This document shows, piece after piece, positions 19,946-31,900 of a DNA stretch of 64,000 nt. This DNA is from Dehalococcoidia bacterium. Its GTDB lineage: Bacteria; Chloroflexota; Dehalococcoidia; Plut-88900. The notes under the pieces were generated by a model. That model did not search any database, was not told the origin of the DNA, and worked only from the letters and a program-made list of their open reading frames with translations. A program made the translations under genes and the position numbers. Within the stretch, counting starts at the first letter, position 1. Each line of letters opens with the position of its first letter. The stretch is from positions 1,408,001 through 1,472,000 of the forward strand of contig CBDBLV010000005.1 in NCBI GenBank assembly GCA_965207225.1. The letters run 5' to 3'.

Positions 19946-22405
19946 CTAGGCGGGTACGGGTTCCTTGGCCTTCTTGGAAATGAGAGACCTGGCGTTCTTG
20001 CACTTTGGGTAGCCTGTACAGGCAATGAATTTACCCCTACGCCCGACCTTAATTGCGAGCGGTTTGCCACACTTTTCGCAGGCTTCGTCGATGAGTTCCG
20101 GCTCTGGGCGGGGCTGTTCGCCGGGGAGGGGTCGGGTGTTCTTGCACTTTGGGTAGGCGGTACAGGCGAGGAATTTGCCGCGACGACCTGACCTGACAAC
20201 CATAGGGCTTTCGCACTTGTCACAGACCTCGGAGGTCTCTTCCGGAGCTTCTCGCTCTTCGCCCGGCAGAGGCCGGGTGTTCTTGCACTTGGGGTAGGTG
20301 GTGCAGGCGAGGAATTTGCCGCGACGACCGGACCTGATGACCATGGGGCTCTCACACTTGTCACAGACCTCGGAAGTCTCTTCTGGGGCTTCGCGCTCTT
20401 CGCCGGGGAGGGGTCGGGCATTCTTGCATTCGGGGTAGCCGGAGCAGGACAGGAATTTGCCATAACGTCCGACCTTGATGAGCATGGGGCGTTCGCACTT
20501 TTCGCAGAAGATGTCAGTCTCCTGGGGCTCCTCACCGGGAATGGGCTTCGCGTTCTTGCATTTGGGGTAGGCACTACAGGAAAGGAACCTGCCATTGCGC
20601 CCGAACTTCACTTCCATGGGCTGACCGCATTTGTCGCAGATGATGCCCGTGGCCTCGTCGGGGATGGCATCGGATGCCTTGTCGAGGGCCTGTTGGAAGG
20701 GCTCGTAGAATTCCCGGATGACGGGGACCCACTCGCGCTCTCCGCGGGAAATGTCATCCAGTTCCCGCTCCATCTCGGCGGTGAACCCGAGGTTGACGAT
20801 GTCGGGGAAGTGATCGCTGAGTAGAGCGTTGACCCTTAGACCAAGTTCCGTGGGATGAATACGACCCTTCTCCTTGTGGATGTACTTGCGATCCTGGATG
20901 GTTGAAAGGGTGGGGGCGTAGGTGCTGGGGCGGCCGATGCCGTTCTCTTCCAAGGCCTTAATGAGAGATGCTTCGGTGTAGCGGGGGGGAGGCTGGGTGA
21001 AGTGCTGCTTTCGTTCAAGGCCAAGGAAATCCAGGCTTTCGCCGTTAGAGAGGTTGGGGAGGGGGGGTTGCTTGTCGGAAGCCTGGTCGTCGGCGTCTTC
21101 CTGATAGAGGGTGAGAAATCCTGGGAAAACTGTCACGGAGCCCGTGGCCCGAAACATGTAAACAGGTGTCTTCTCGACGGATTGATTGTTTTCCGCTTCA
21201 ATGTGTGCCGTGGTCTGGTCTATAAGCGCCGCACTCATCTGGCTGGCGATCATGCGCTTCCAGATGAGCTCATAGAGCCTGAGCTGGTCTTTGTCGAGGT
21301 AGGACTGGAGGTAGTCAGGGTCGCGGAAGCAGGAGGTAGGGCGGATGGCTTCGTGGGCCTCCTGGGCGCCCTTGGCTCGAGCTTTGTAGGCGCGAGGCAA
21401 GGGAGGGACGAACTTATCGCCGAACTTTTCGGAGATGTAGCGACGTGCCTCGTTGCGGGCCTCGTTAGAGACGGATGGGGAGTCTGTCCTCATGTAGGTT
21501 ATAAGTCCAACTTGGCCTTCACTTCCGACGGACAAGCCTTCATAAAGCTGCTGGGCGACCGCCATTGTCTTCTTGGCGGTGAAACGCAGCTTACGCCCGG
21601 CCTCCTGCTGAAGGGTGCTGGTGGTGAAGGGAGGGGCGGGCTGACGCCTGGCCTGCTTCTTGTCGACCTTTGAGACAGTGTAGGCGGCGCCGTTAAGGGC
21701 GTCTGTGATTGCGTTGCTGGTCGCCTCATCCGGTATGGCGAGTTTTCCACGCTTGCCCTTCTGGTTGTAGAGGAGGGCTGAGAAAGAACTCTTCTTGAGG
21801 TCTCCTTGTTTCTTCAGGTCCGCCTCGACGGTCCAATATTCCGTGGGGATAAAAGCCGTGATTTCGGCTTCTCGGTCTGAGACCATACGGAGGGCAGCCG
21901 ACTGGACACGCCCGGCGGACAGGCCCTTTTCCAACTTGCGCCAGAGGAGGGGGCTGAGGCGGTATCCGACCACGCGGTCGAGGATGCGACGGGCCTGCTG
22001 GGCGTCGACGAGGTCCATATCGATTTCCCGGGGGTGATCGAATGCCTCGATGATGGCGCCTTTGGTGATTTCGTGGAAGACTACGCGGTGTACGGGGACA
22101 CCCTTGATGTTGGACGCTTCGAGCAGGTGCCAGGAGATGGCCTCGCCTTCTCGGTCTGGGTCTGTGGCCAGGTAGACGGCACTGGCGCCCTTAGCGGCCT
22201 TGGAAAGGTCCTGGACTGTCTTTTTCTGTTTTTTGGGGACCTCGTATGCGGGCTCGAAGTCGTTGGCGACGTTGACGCCGAAGCGGTACTGAGGAAGGTC
22301 CCGGACGTGGCCGAGGGATGCCTGGACGTTGAAGTCTTTGCCCAGGATTTTGCCGATGGTGCGGGCCTTGGCGGGGGATTCCACTATTACGAGTTTTTCA
22401 GCCAT
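19946..22405 (-). CDS. topA: DNA topoisomerase I with five C-terminal C4 zinc ribbons
   Basis: LVIVESPAKA, ATDPDREGEAI, SAGRVQS, ITYMRTDS, AHEAIRPT, GIGRPSTYA. Confidence 0.97.
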   Translation of the reverse strand: MAEKLVIVESPAKARTIGKILGKDFNVQASLGHVRDLPQYRFGVNVANDFEPAYEVPKKQKKTVQDLSKAAKGASAVYLATDPDREGEAISWHLLEASNIKGVPVHRVVFHEITKGAIIEAFDHPREIDMDLVDAQQARRILDRVVGYRLSPLLWRKLEKGLSAGRVQSAALRMVSDREAEITAFIPTEYWTVEADLKKQGDLKKSSFSALLYNQKGKRGKLAIPDEATSNAITDALNGAAYTVSKVDKKQARRQPAPPFTTSTLQQEAGRKLRFTAKKTMAVAQQLYEGLSVGSEGQVGLITYMRTDSPSVSNEARNEARRYISEKFGDKFVPPLPRAYKARAKGAQEAHEAIRPTSCFRDPDYLQSYLDKDQLRLYELIWKRMIASQMSAALIDQTTAHIEAENNQSVEKTPVYMFRATGSVTVFPGFLTLYQEDADDQASDKQPPLPNLSNGESLDFLGLERKQHFTQPPPRYTEASLIKALEENGIGRPSTYAPTLSTIQDRKYIHKEKGRIHPTELGLRVNALLSDHFPDIVNLGFTAEMERELDDISRGEREWVPVIREFYEPFQQALDKASDAIPDEATGIICDKCGQPMEVKFGRNGRFLSCSAYPKCKNAKPIPGEEPQETDIFCEKCERPMLIKVGRYGKFLSCSGYPECKNARPLPGEEREAPEETSEVCDKCESPMVIRSGRRGKFLACTTYPKCKNTRPLPGEEREAPEETSEVCDKCESPMVVRSGRRGKFLACTAYPKCKNTRPLPGEQPRPEPELIDEACEKCGKPLAIKVGRRGKFIACTGYPKCKNARSLISKKAKEPVPA
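19985..20645 (-). repeat. Five tandem zinc-ribbon coding repeats in topA; units 3 and 4 nearly identical (141-bp period)
   Basis: CxxC..GR.G.F..C..YP.CKN x5; cacagacctcgga recurs at 20221 and 20362. Confidence 0.9.
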
Positions 22406-22410
22406 AAGGT

Positions 22411-23523
22411 TTACGCGGGGGCGGGATATGCGGGCCTCGTTTCTCGGATTTTGATGTAGGTCATTGCACCCACCTGCTTAACTATACCTTTCAATTCCAT
22501 CATAGCCAGTGTGCTGCTAACAGTCGATACCGGAAGGGCGCATTGTCGGGTGACTTCGTCGATGTGGACGGGCTCCCGAGACAGAAACTGTAACAGATCA
22601 GCCTCGGGAGACGAAACCTCAATAAGTTCTTGCATGACCAGCTGTTCAGGTACGAGTCTGAGGTTGAGCTCTTCCAACACATCTTCTATGCAAGTGACGA
22701 GTTTGGCGCCTTCCTGGATGAGTCGGTTGGCTCCCCGGCTTTTTGGAGAGGTAATGGTTCCGGGCAGTGCGAAGACCTCGCGATTTTGCTCCAGGGCATA
22801 GCTGGCAGTTATCAATGCGCCGCTTTTCTCATCGGCTTCGATGACGAGAGTGCCGAGGGTAAGGCCGCTCATTATGCGGTTTCTACGGGGGAAGTAATCG
22901 GGACGCGGGCGGGTCTCGAGGGGGTAGTCGCTGATGAGGGCGCCGGATTCGGCGATTTCATCGGCAAGGCGTTGGTGCTCGGGCGGGTAAACCATGTCGA
23001 GGCCGCAGGCCTGAATGGCAAGGGTGCGTCCCCCGGCATCGAGGGCCGCGCGATGGGCGACGGAATCGATGCCCCGGGCCAGGCCACTGATCACGGTGAT
23101 CCCGTTGCGCACGAGTTCCATGGACAATAGGTGGGCCATCTCCCGACCGTAAGCTGTGGGCTTTCGGGTCCCAACGACGGCAATTCCCCAGTCGTCCTGC
23201 TCCTTGATTTCGCCCTGAATGTATATTACGGGCGGCCTATCATATATTTGCTGTAAGCGATCGGGGTAGCGGGAGTCGTGCCAGGTGAGGGGTGTAATCT
23301 GCCTGGCAATTAGCTGCGACATCACGGTGTCAGGGTCTATGGATGAACGTCGGGACTGGATGGAGGAGATGGTACGTCTGTCGAGACCTGCCCTCTTGAG
23401 TTCGGCGGCCCCTGCCTTCCAAGCCGATTCTAGAGAGCCGAAGTAAGCTTCAAGAGCAGCGTAGCGGGCCCTGCCAACTCCGGGTATCCTGTTGAAGGCG
23501 ACCCAATACTTGATATCTTGCAT
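22411..23523 (-). CDS. dprA: DNA-processing protein DprA
   Basis: IAVVGTR, ISGLARGID, FPRRNRIMSGL, SGALITA, REVFALPG, GANRLIQEGA, C-terminal wHTH. Confidence 0.96.
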   Translation of the reverse strand: MQDIKYWVAFNRIPGVGRARYAALEAYFGSLESAWKAGAAELKRAGLDRRTISSIQSRRSSIDPDTVMSQLIARQITPLTWHDSRYPDRLQQIYDRPPVIYIQGEIKEQDDWGIAVVGTRKPTAYGREMAHLLSMELVRNGITVISGLARGIDSVAHRAALDAGGRTLAIQACGLDMVYPPEHQRLADEIAESGALISDYPLETRPRPDYFPRRNRIMSGLTLGTLVIEADEKSGALITASYALEQNREVFALPGTITSPKSRGANRLIQEGAKLVTCIEDVLEELNLRLVPEQLVMQELIEVSSPEADLLQFLSREPVHIDEVTRQCALPVSTVSSTLAMMELKGIVKQVGAMTYIKIRETRPAYPAPA

Positions 23524-23751
23524 GCAAGGGATTCTAGCACAGGGAAGTTAGGTGAAGAACAGCAAGGGGTGACAGTGAAGGGTAGGATAAGCCCTCTGCT
23601 ATGAATTTGTGACCATGGATAGCGTGTTTTCGAATCAAACACAACTATCGCGAAAGGGGTCCGGAAACTCCTACCATCCAGCAAACTTTTCTTTCGGCGA
23701 ACATGAGCGGCGGAATGGCAATCAGCTGTGTCACATGTCGGGGACTTGCGA

Positions 23752-24666
23752 TCAGATGAAACCGAGTTTTTGCACAAAGTCCCGAGTCAGCGCTGCGCAT
23801 TCTCGGGGTTGCTCCAGCTGGAGGAGGTGGGTTGCATCCGGCAGGAAGTCGTAGTCGATGCTGAGCACATCGCTGAGGTCGAGGGTTGGCAGGAAGGAGA
23901 AGGGCAGGGTGGGGTCTGCGCCGACAACTTTTATTGGACAGCGGAAGGCATCGAAGTTAATTCCCACGGCAAAAGCCGAGGCATAGTCTACAATCTGGGC
24001 TTCATATTCCCGGGGGCAACGTAATTCAAAGCCTTTTCCGCTATCCCGCTTGCGTAGTGTGGTTCTGGCCACCAATTCAAAGACCCCCGGCACAACGCGT
24101 GCGTAAAGCGGGACTATGGACACAACCTCAATTAGCTGGTGCATTGACTTGAATTTCTCAGTGCGGCGTCGGGCGACCGCTGCGGCGCGTGTAGCTGCTG
24201 CATCGAAGTCTTCATATGACGTGCGAGTGGGTTTACAGAGAGGTGGATCGAAGAGAACGAGGCCCGATAGCCCGCTCCCCTTAAATGGGGACATCAGCGC
24301 TATAAGGGCCGAAAGGGAATGAAAGACGCCTACAGTTGGCTTTTCTCCGTAGTGGGAGTTAGCGGCTTCAAGAATTCGATCATGGTCCGCGGCTAGTGTA
24401 GGAACGTTGTGCGCGTCCATTTGACTGGCTCGGTTCCAGCCATGATTTCTGAGATCGTGGATGATGAGGTCAAACTCTTCGGTGAGGAGAGACCAGTAGG
24501 GGACGTAAAGATCGATTGCAAAGCCATTGCCATGGGTCAGGAGAAGCCTTGGGCCATCCGGGTTACCGTGGCGACGCAAGGTGACGACGGTGTTATCGTC
24601 GACTGGGACGTCAAAGGTGGAGAGGGGCTCGGGAATCTGCCAAACCGGATCTAAGGTCCGCATCAC
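23752..24666 (-). CDS. Alpha/beta hydrolase (SupD/E-like) of the PKS cluster
   Basis: HGNGF oxyanion loop, DLRNHG, FHSLS nucleophile elbow, ATHLL; overlaps the PPTase stop. Confidence 0.82.
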   Translation of the reverse strand: MMRTLDPVWQIPEPLSTFDVPVDDNTVVTLRRHGNPDGPRLLLTHGNGFAIDLYVPYWSLLTEEFDLIIHDLRNHGWNRASQMDAHNVPTLAADHDRILEAANSHYGEKPTVGVFHSLSALIALMSPFKGSGLSGLVLFDPPLCKPTRTSYEDFDAAATRAAAVARRRTEKFKSMHQLIEVVSIVPLYARVVPGVFELVARTTLRKRDSGKGFELRCPREYEAQIVDYASAFAVGINFDAFRCPIKVVGADPTLPFSFLPTLDLSDVLSIDYDFLPDATHLLQLEQPRECAALTRDFVQKLGFI

Positions 24667-25523
24667 GATACTACGATTTCCAGAGATTGGCGGTCTCCAT
24701 CAGACTGTTTGGAGGACAGTGACGGGCCCAGTTCTTGGGCAACAGCAGCGCAAAAGCCATTTGTAGTCAAGGTGTCCAGGCGCCAGGCAATGGAGGTAGC
24801 TTGAGGAAAGCGAAAGATGCCACTGGTGCCCCCAAATAGCAAAGCTAAGGGCACTTCGAAGCTGGAGATGTCTAGAGACAGGCCCATGCCAACCGCCTTT
24901 ATAAGCGCCTCCTTAATGGTCCAGAGCCTGAAGAATAGGCGTTGCCGATTGATTGCAGACTCGGTCAATTCCATGGCTGCACGTTCTGCGGGCGTGAATG
25001 CGGTTTCGATGAGCGGGAGCAAATTGCGGTCGGTGTCCCACTCTTCGATATCGACTCCCACGCGACCCCCTTCGCACAATCCTATCAGACCGTGGCTTCC
25101 GCTGTGACTGACGTTAAAGCTGATGGGATGTGACTTTCCCTTGACGATGGCATACGGCTTTTCGAAGTAGGAGGACCCTATGGTCAGTTGCTCGTTGGAG
25201 CACCCGAGATGGGTGCAGAGAATGAAGCGCAGAGCGGCGCGGCAGAGAATAAAGCGGTGCCGAGGGCCTGAGGTGGTGAACCTTTGGGCACGCGCCCGTT
25301 CGTAGTCGTCCAACAGGGCGAAGGCCTCGGCCTCTCGGGCAGGGCCGGGGCCCAGGTCTAGGCTATGGGCAGTGACACTTCCGACTTGAAACGCCTTCTT
25401 CCACCATTTCTTGGTAGTGGAAGCGGATGCTACAGCCAACAAGTGAACGTAATCTCTGTTCAGTATGAGTGCATGCTGAGCCTGCTTTGGCCAAGATTGG
25501 GATCTGGCGTTCGGGCCGCTCAA
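24663..25523 (-). CDS. Sfp-type 4'-phosphopantetheinyl transferase (SupC-like); true start probably further downstream
   Basis: KP, FNVSHSG, VGVDIE, FFRLWTIKEALIKAVGMGL. Confidence 0.9.
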   Translation of the reverse strand: MSGPNARSQSWPKQAQHALILNRDYVHLLAVASASTTKKWWKKAFQVGSVTAHSLDLGPGPAREAEAFALLDDYERARAQRFTTSGPRHRFILCRAALRFILCTHLGCSNEQLTIGSSYFEKPYAIVKGKSHPISFNVSHSGSHGLIGLCEGGRVGVDIEEWDTDRNLLPLIETAFTPAERAAMELTESAINRQRLFFRLWTIKEALIKAVGMGLSLDISSFEVPLALLFGGTSGIFRFPQATSIAWRLDTLTTNGFCAAVAQELGPSLSSKQSDGDRQSLEIVVS

Positions 25524-25565
25524 CCAATATGAGGGGGCCTAGTGTGTTGAAACTATGTGAACCGG

Positions 25566-25811
25566 TCAGGCTGCTTGGCCGTCGATAAAGTCAACGACTT
25601 TCTTCAGGTTGTCGATAGCAGCGCAGTCATCGGGGGTGATGGTGACGTTGAAGTCTTCTGCTATCATCTTCGCCAATGTAACAATATCCGTAGAAGGTAC
25701 GCCGGCATCGGCGAGGCTGAAATCCAGGTCGTCGGGGAGGTCGAGGGCTTTGCCGTCCACTTCAATGTTGTCGTTTACCAGTTTTCGGAGTCGGTCTGCA
25801 GTCGAGGCCAT
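25566..25811 (-). CDS. Stand-alone acyl carrier protein (SupB-like)
   Basis: 81 aa, acidic, SLADAGVPSTDIV (Ser in a variant motif), EDFNVTI; ATG 25811 after GGAAGGA. Confidence 0.8.
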   Translation of the reverse strand: MASTADRLRKLVNDNIEVDGKALDLPDDLDFSLADAGVPSTDIVTLAKMIAEDFNVTITPDDCAAIDNLKKVVDFIDGQAA

Positions 25812-25905
25812 AACACTATTCCTTCCACAGTAACGTGAATTTGCAGATGGGTCTTGACACACTTCTAGGATACCAACGTAGACTTGCTATTTCAAGAAGA
25901 AGGGG

Positions 25906-28900
25906 CTAAATCGTCAGCCTTGGTGCGTCTACCCAATGTCTCCGTCTTTGGAAGGGGTAACCGGGCAATGGCACCCTTCGACGTGCCTCTCCAGCAAAAA
26001 GGCCGGTGAAGGCGAGGTCCAGGCCCGATTCGTAAGCCTTTGCCACGGCCTTCATAAAACCAGCGTTGCCATCCGGGGCGTCACAAAAGCTTGTCAAGAC
26101 CACCGGCTGGCCCGGAGTTTCCGACCCTTCCCACGATACCGGCCAGGCATCCCGAATACTGTCTTCAAGTGTGTCCCCAGCCCCCATTGCAATCACCGAA
26201 ACCACACCCAGCTCCGCCAGCATCTTGGCACAACCCTCCGCCCTTGCGAGCTTCTGCCTTTCAACCTTCCAGAATTCAACGCCTGGCGCTTCGCCGGACT
26301 CAATCACCTGCCCTGTAGCTCCGTTCACTATGGGCACGGTCGGCAAAGAGAAGTTGGCGGCTGCCACTGCGTTCGCCAGCGACTCGGCGTTGTCCCCGTT
26401 GGCAGATATCGATTGTATTTCTGCCACTGATGCCACAATCCGGAGCCCGTCAACAAGGTCAAGGACCCCCGCCGCCTGGGCCGCCGATATCAAGCCCAGT
26501 CCATCGCCTACCACCGCTCCCGGACTAACCCCCAAACTCCTCCACAGGGCCGCCAAGGCACACTCCAGGGCATAGACGGCTACCTGGGCCAAGACAGGAT
26601 CAGCGGAGCCTTCTGCGCGCTCGGACATCAAGTTCAAGAGTGAAAGGCCTTGCTCCTTGAGAAATATCTCATTACATCGGTCCAGCACTTCTCGTACCAC
26701 GGGCTCCGTCTCGAACCAGTCTCGACCCAAGCCAAGACGTCCGTCATTTTCGCCCGTGAATACGAAGGCCGCTTTGAGCATTTCCGGGACCTCCCGGTCT
26801 CCTCGCCCATTGTCTCCGTTTGCCACTGCTGCCAACCCCTCCTGGAGCTGATCAACATTGCTAAAGGCTATTCCGGCCCGGTGGCTGAAGTGGCTTCTAC
26901 CTACCCCCGCCGACCAGGTTATATCGGCAAGGATTGCCCCGCCAGCCGATAGCTCGCCGTCCCGCTCATCGAGGAACCCTGCGTAGCGTTGGGCCAATTC
27001 CCGAAGGGCCTCGGGCGTTTTGCCCGACAGCGGGAGCAACCGGGTCCCGCGCTCTTTGAGGCCGCCCTGGCCGATGGGCTGCCCGTCGACTTTAACCGGC
27101 TGAGCAGGCCCTACCGGCCAACTTTGCCTGTTGTCAGTCTCCGCGCTTTCATATCCTCCCACCACTACGTGGGCATTTGCGCCCGAAAGGCCAAAGCTGT
27201 TCACCGCAGCCAAGGGGGGCTTTTCAGGGCAAGCGGGCCAGTCAACAGCTTCAGATGTGACTTGTACGTCCAGCCGGTCCCAGTCCACGTGGGGATTGGG
27301 GTCTTTGAAATTGAGGTGTCTGGGTATCACCCTCCGACGCATTGCCAGTACTGTCTTAATCAGGCTCGCTACGCCTGAGGCCCATTCCAGGTGTCCGATG
27401 TTCGTCTTCACCGACCCTACATACAGGGGACGCGCCTCCGCCCGGCCTTTACCGTAGACCTCGGCCACGGCATTCAGCTCTATCGGGTCTCCGAACTGGC
27501 TCCCCACACCCTGCGCCTCCAGGTAGTCGATGTCCGATGCTGCCACATCCGCCCGGGAGAGGGCATCTTGCATAACCCGTTCCTGTGCCGGGCCATTGGG
27601 CGCCATCAAGCCCGCACTCACGCCGTTCTGGTTCACCGCCGTACCCAGTACGACACCCCATATCCGGTCGCCGTCTGCCTCTGCATCACTTAACCGCTTC
27701 AGCACTATCATGCCGCAGCCCTCGCCGCGGACAAAGCCGTCGGCGGCAGCGTCGAACGCGTAGCACTGACCACTCGCCGACAACACCCCCAAGTCATTGA
27801 AGAATTTGGAAACTTTCGGCGAAAGGATGGCGTTTACTCCGCCCGCCAGGGCCATGTCTACTTCGCCCCGCTGCAACCCCACCACTGCCTGGTGCACTGC
27901 GGCCAGCGACGATGCGCAAGCCACGTCAATAGGCATGGCCGGTCCTTCGAGACCCAGGGCAAATGCAACCCTGCCCACGGTTAAGGACCCGTTCGTGCCG
28001 GCGTAGCTGTACTCCTGGCCTCGAGTTGAAATCAGGTCTCGATACTCGCTGCCCCCGACTCCCGCATATACTCCCGTGCGGCTGCCCTTCAATCCCTCGG
28101 CATCGATGCCCGCATCTTCAAGAGCTTGCCAGCTGGTTTCCAGCAGCATCCTCTGCTGGGGGTCCATCATTCTTGCTTCTATCGGCGAGATCTTGAAGAA
28201 CCTCGAGTCAAACAGGTCGATGCCTTCTACAAAGGCCCCGCGGCGGACAATCGGGTCATCGGCCGCCGGGTCTCCGAGAACGCCTTCCCAGGAACCCGAG
28301 TCCAATCGGCCTTCCGTCACCGCATTCCCGCCCGACTCCAGCTGGCGCCAGAAGGAATCTATGTCCGGCGCTCCCGGGAACCGACAGGCCATTCCTACGA
28401 TGGCTATGGCTTCCTCGTCTCTCCGGACCTTGGGTCGGGCGGGCGGTGCGCTCTGGACGGGATTCGGAGCAGACCCGGCCAAAGCGCCAAGTCCATCGGA
28501 AAGATGACTTGCAAGGGCTGCGGCATTCGGATAGTCGAACACCACCGTATTGGAGGCCGTGTACTCCCCGGCCAGGGCCCGGTTTATCCGGTTCCTCAAT
28601 TCCACCGCCATCAGAGAGTCCATGCCCAGATCGAAAAAGCTGACCGTAGGGGAAGGGGGAGAGCCCAGCCTCATCACGCTCTTCAGCTCGTCCTGCAAAA
28701 ATGCCGACAATACTTTCTGCCGCTCACCCTCCGGGGCTTCCCGGAGTTGGGCCAGCAGGCCACTGGAAGCCGACGCTTCCTCGGTTTCTCGCGCTGGCGC
28801 CCGCTTCTTCACCAGCAGTTCTTCGAAGAATGGGGCAGAAGCCTCAGTCTCTTCGGTGACCACAGACCAGTCAACCGCGGTCACTGTGGGGGTGGTGACG

Positions 28901-31900
28901 TCTTGCCGCACCAGCCAATCGAGGGCCTTAATGCCCTGCTGAGGGGCAATCCAACCCGCACCTGTGGATTCCAGTTGCCTTTCAATCCTGTCGCGTTGCT
29001 CTTCTGCTTCCCCGATACCTGACCAGGCGCCCCATGCAATAGACTGAGCGGGCAGGCCCAGCATCCTGCGATGGGCGGCAAGCTGGTCCAGGAATGCGTT
29101 GGCAGCGGCATGGTTGGATTGCCCGGGGTTTCCGATTACCCCTGTAACGCTGGAGAAGAGGATGAACATGTCCAGGTCTTTATCAATGGTGGCTTTGTGT
29201 AGATGCCATGCCCCGAGAACCTTGGGCCACATCACCTGCTCGAACCGTTCCCAGGTCTGGTTCTCTATCGCCCCGTCCGACAGCACCCCTACGCTGTGTA
29301 CAACGCCTCCTAGCGCTGGCAAGATCTCCTCAATTCGGGCCAGCATCTCATCGACTGCGGCAAAGTCCGTCACGTCGGCGATTTCAACGCGAACGTAAAC
29401 GCCGCTCTCCCGAAGCTCCTTGATCACTTCAACTGCCTCGAGGTCCGGCTCCCGGCGCCCGTTCAGAACAATGGTGGTGGCGCCGTTTTCGGCCAGCCAT
29501 CGCGCAACCTCACACCCAATTCCCCCCATTCCACCCGTCACGAGATAGCTGCGGTCGTCCCTCAAAGTACCCCTGGCAAGAGGCGGCATCCGGAATACGT
29601 TCTTGCCGATGTGACGGGCCTCCCGCATCACGTCCATCGCCGACCGGATCTCCGTAAGGGGCCACACGGTATGCGGCAGCGGATTCAGCTCTCCCGCCGA
29701 AAGTCGCTTCATTACCCTGGTCAACGAGGCCCCCGGGGTTACAGACTCAACCCTTTTCAGGGTATCCACGTCCAAGATGTGGTAATCGACATCGGGCCGA
29801 GCCACTGACATCTCCTCTTCGCTGTAGATTCTCCGCTTCGCTATCTCCACGAACCTGCCACTCTTGCCCAGGCACGATAGGCTCGCCTCGATAAACCCTT
29901 CTCCAGTGAGACTGTTCAGGACTACGTGGACACCCTTGCCCCCCGTCGCTTCCAGGATTTGTTCCCCGAAATTCGTTTGACGGCTGTCGAAGACGTGCTT
30001 TACACCCAGGTCCCGGAGATAGGCTTGCTTGCCTACGCTTGCCGTGGCAAACACTTCAGCCCCCACCGCTTGGGCGAGCTGAATGGCCGCCAGTCCCACG
30101 CCGCCGGCCCCTGCATGGATAAGCACCCGTTCCCCGGCCTTCAGTCTCGAAAGTTCAAAGGCAAGCTCGGCGGTGACGAAGCAGATTGGCGCGGTGGCCA
30201 GCGCAGTCGCCGGAAACCCTTCGGGAGCCGGGGCCGCTAGCACGGCTTTGGTTACCATCTCTGGCGTGAACCCACTAAACCCTACGGCGACAACCGCGTC
30301 ACCCACTGAAAAACTTTCTACGTCTTCCGCCGTCTCTAGGATACGGCCGTACGCTTCTCGACCAATCTCCAGCGTATATTCGAACGCCCCAATGCTCATG
30401 AGCATGTCGGCAAAGTTCAACCCCATCGACTCCACGGCTATACGCACTTCTCCGGGTTCGAGAGCCTGTTTTGGCCGAGGCTTGGTCCGCAACACAGTGT
30501 TCCCGGCCTCCGGGTCCTCGGGCCCGATGCCCCACTCCGTACCCTCAGGCAATACGAGACGCCTGTCCTCCACACCCCGGACCAGCCGCGCCGCCAGGCG
30601 GTTGCCTCCCCTATAGGCGATGTTGGTCTCGGAGTCAGGAGAGAGAAGCTCATCAACGAGACCGGACACCACATCACGCGGCCTTGGGTCCAAATCGATC
30701 AGTCTTGGCTGTAGGTGCGCCGCTTCTCCGGCCATAACCTTCCCGAATCCCCACAAAGTCGCTCCCGCAAGCTCGCCTGTCGTCCGGTCTATAAACTCCT
30801 GCTCCAATACCTGGGCCCCACGCGTCACCAACCAGACTCCTTCACTGGGCATGACTCCGGCGTCGACAATCCCCTGCGCCAGAGCCAGTGCGCTACACGT
30901 GACCCGGGTCACGTCCTCCGCCATCTCCCCGGTGGTCGCCGACGCTCCATACCCATCCAGCGCCGCCAGGTGCACTACCCCCTTGAGCAGCACCTCCTCC
31001 GATAATCCTTCCAACACCGACCGCCACGATTCCCTGTCCGTCGCCTCGACCTCGACCACAGAAACTCTGGAATCTCCGTGTGAGCCCCCTTCTTTTACAC
31101 CGGCCAAGACCACCGACTGCCCCCGTGAAGCCAACTCTGCCGCTAGCTCCGCCGCAGTCCCGCCTTCATCTGCCGCAATGACCCACGCGCCTGGAGATAG
31201 CGCAACGTCAGACGGCCCCCGGGCCATGATCACCCCTGATCCCAGTGGCTCATCGTTGTATGGATCGACAGGGCCAATGAACCCAACATCGGAGTACCCA
31301 ACGTCGCTCAGAGCCTGCTTCCATGTCTGCGGAGTGGCCAGAGCATGTTCGGGCCGGTATGAGTCGGCGAAGCGCCACCAGCCGTCCAGCAACCCGAAGG
31401 TGAGGTCTTGCCACGCCCGACGCCTCAGTCCCTCTAACGCAAGCATCTGCCCCGAAGGCGCCAGCAGGTCCCGGCAATGGGCCAGCGTTTCGCCAAGGTC
31501 TCGGGTCGCGTGCAATACGTTCGCTGCGATGACAAGGTCGTATCCATGCCCATCGAATCCCTGGCTCACTGGGTCTATTTCAATGTTCAAGGGCTTGTAT
31601 TCGATAGGCGCGTTTGTTTTCGACAACCGTGACTCGGCTTCCGTGAAGAAGCCCGCCGAGATATCCGTGAACGTGTATTCAAATCGCCCGGATGGCAGAA
31701 GCGGAAGTATATCCGTCGTCGCCGATCCCGTCCCCGCCCCGACCTCCAGTATACGGAGGACTCTATCTTCGGGAAGGTCGGACACCGCGGCAGCCACTGC
31801 ATCCGCCAGCATCTGGTTCGCCGCCCGGGATGCGGGCGCTTTCAGGTAGAGGTCAGCCGCGCTGGGCCCTTCGTCGCTGAACAGGAGTCCCAGTGGGTCC

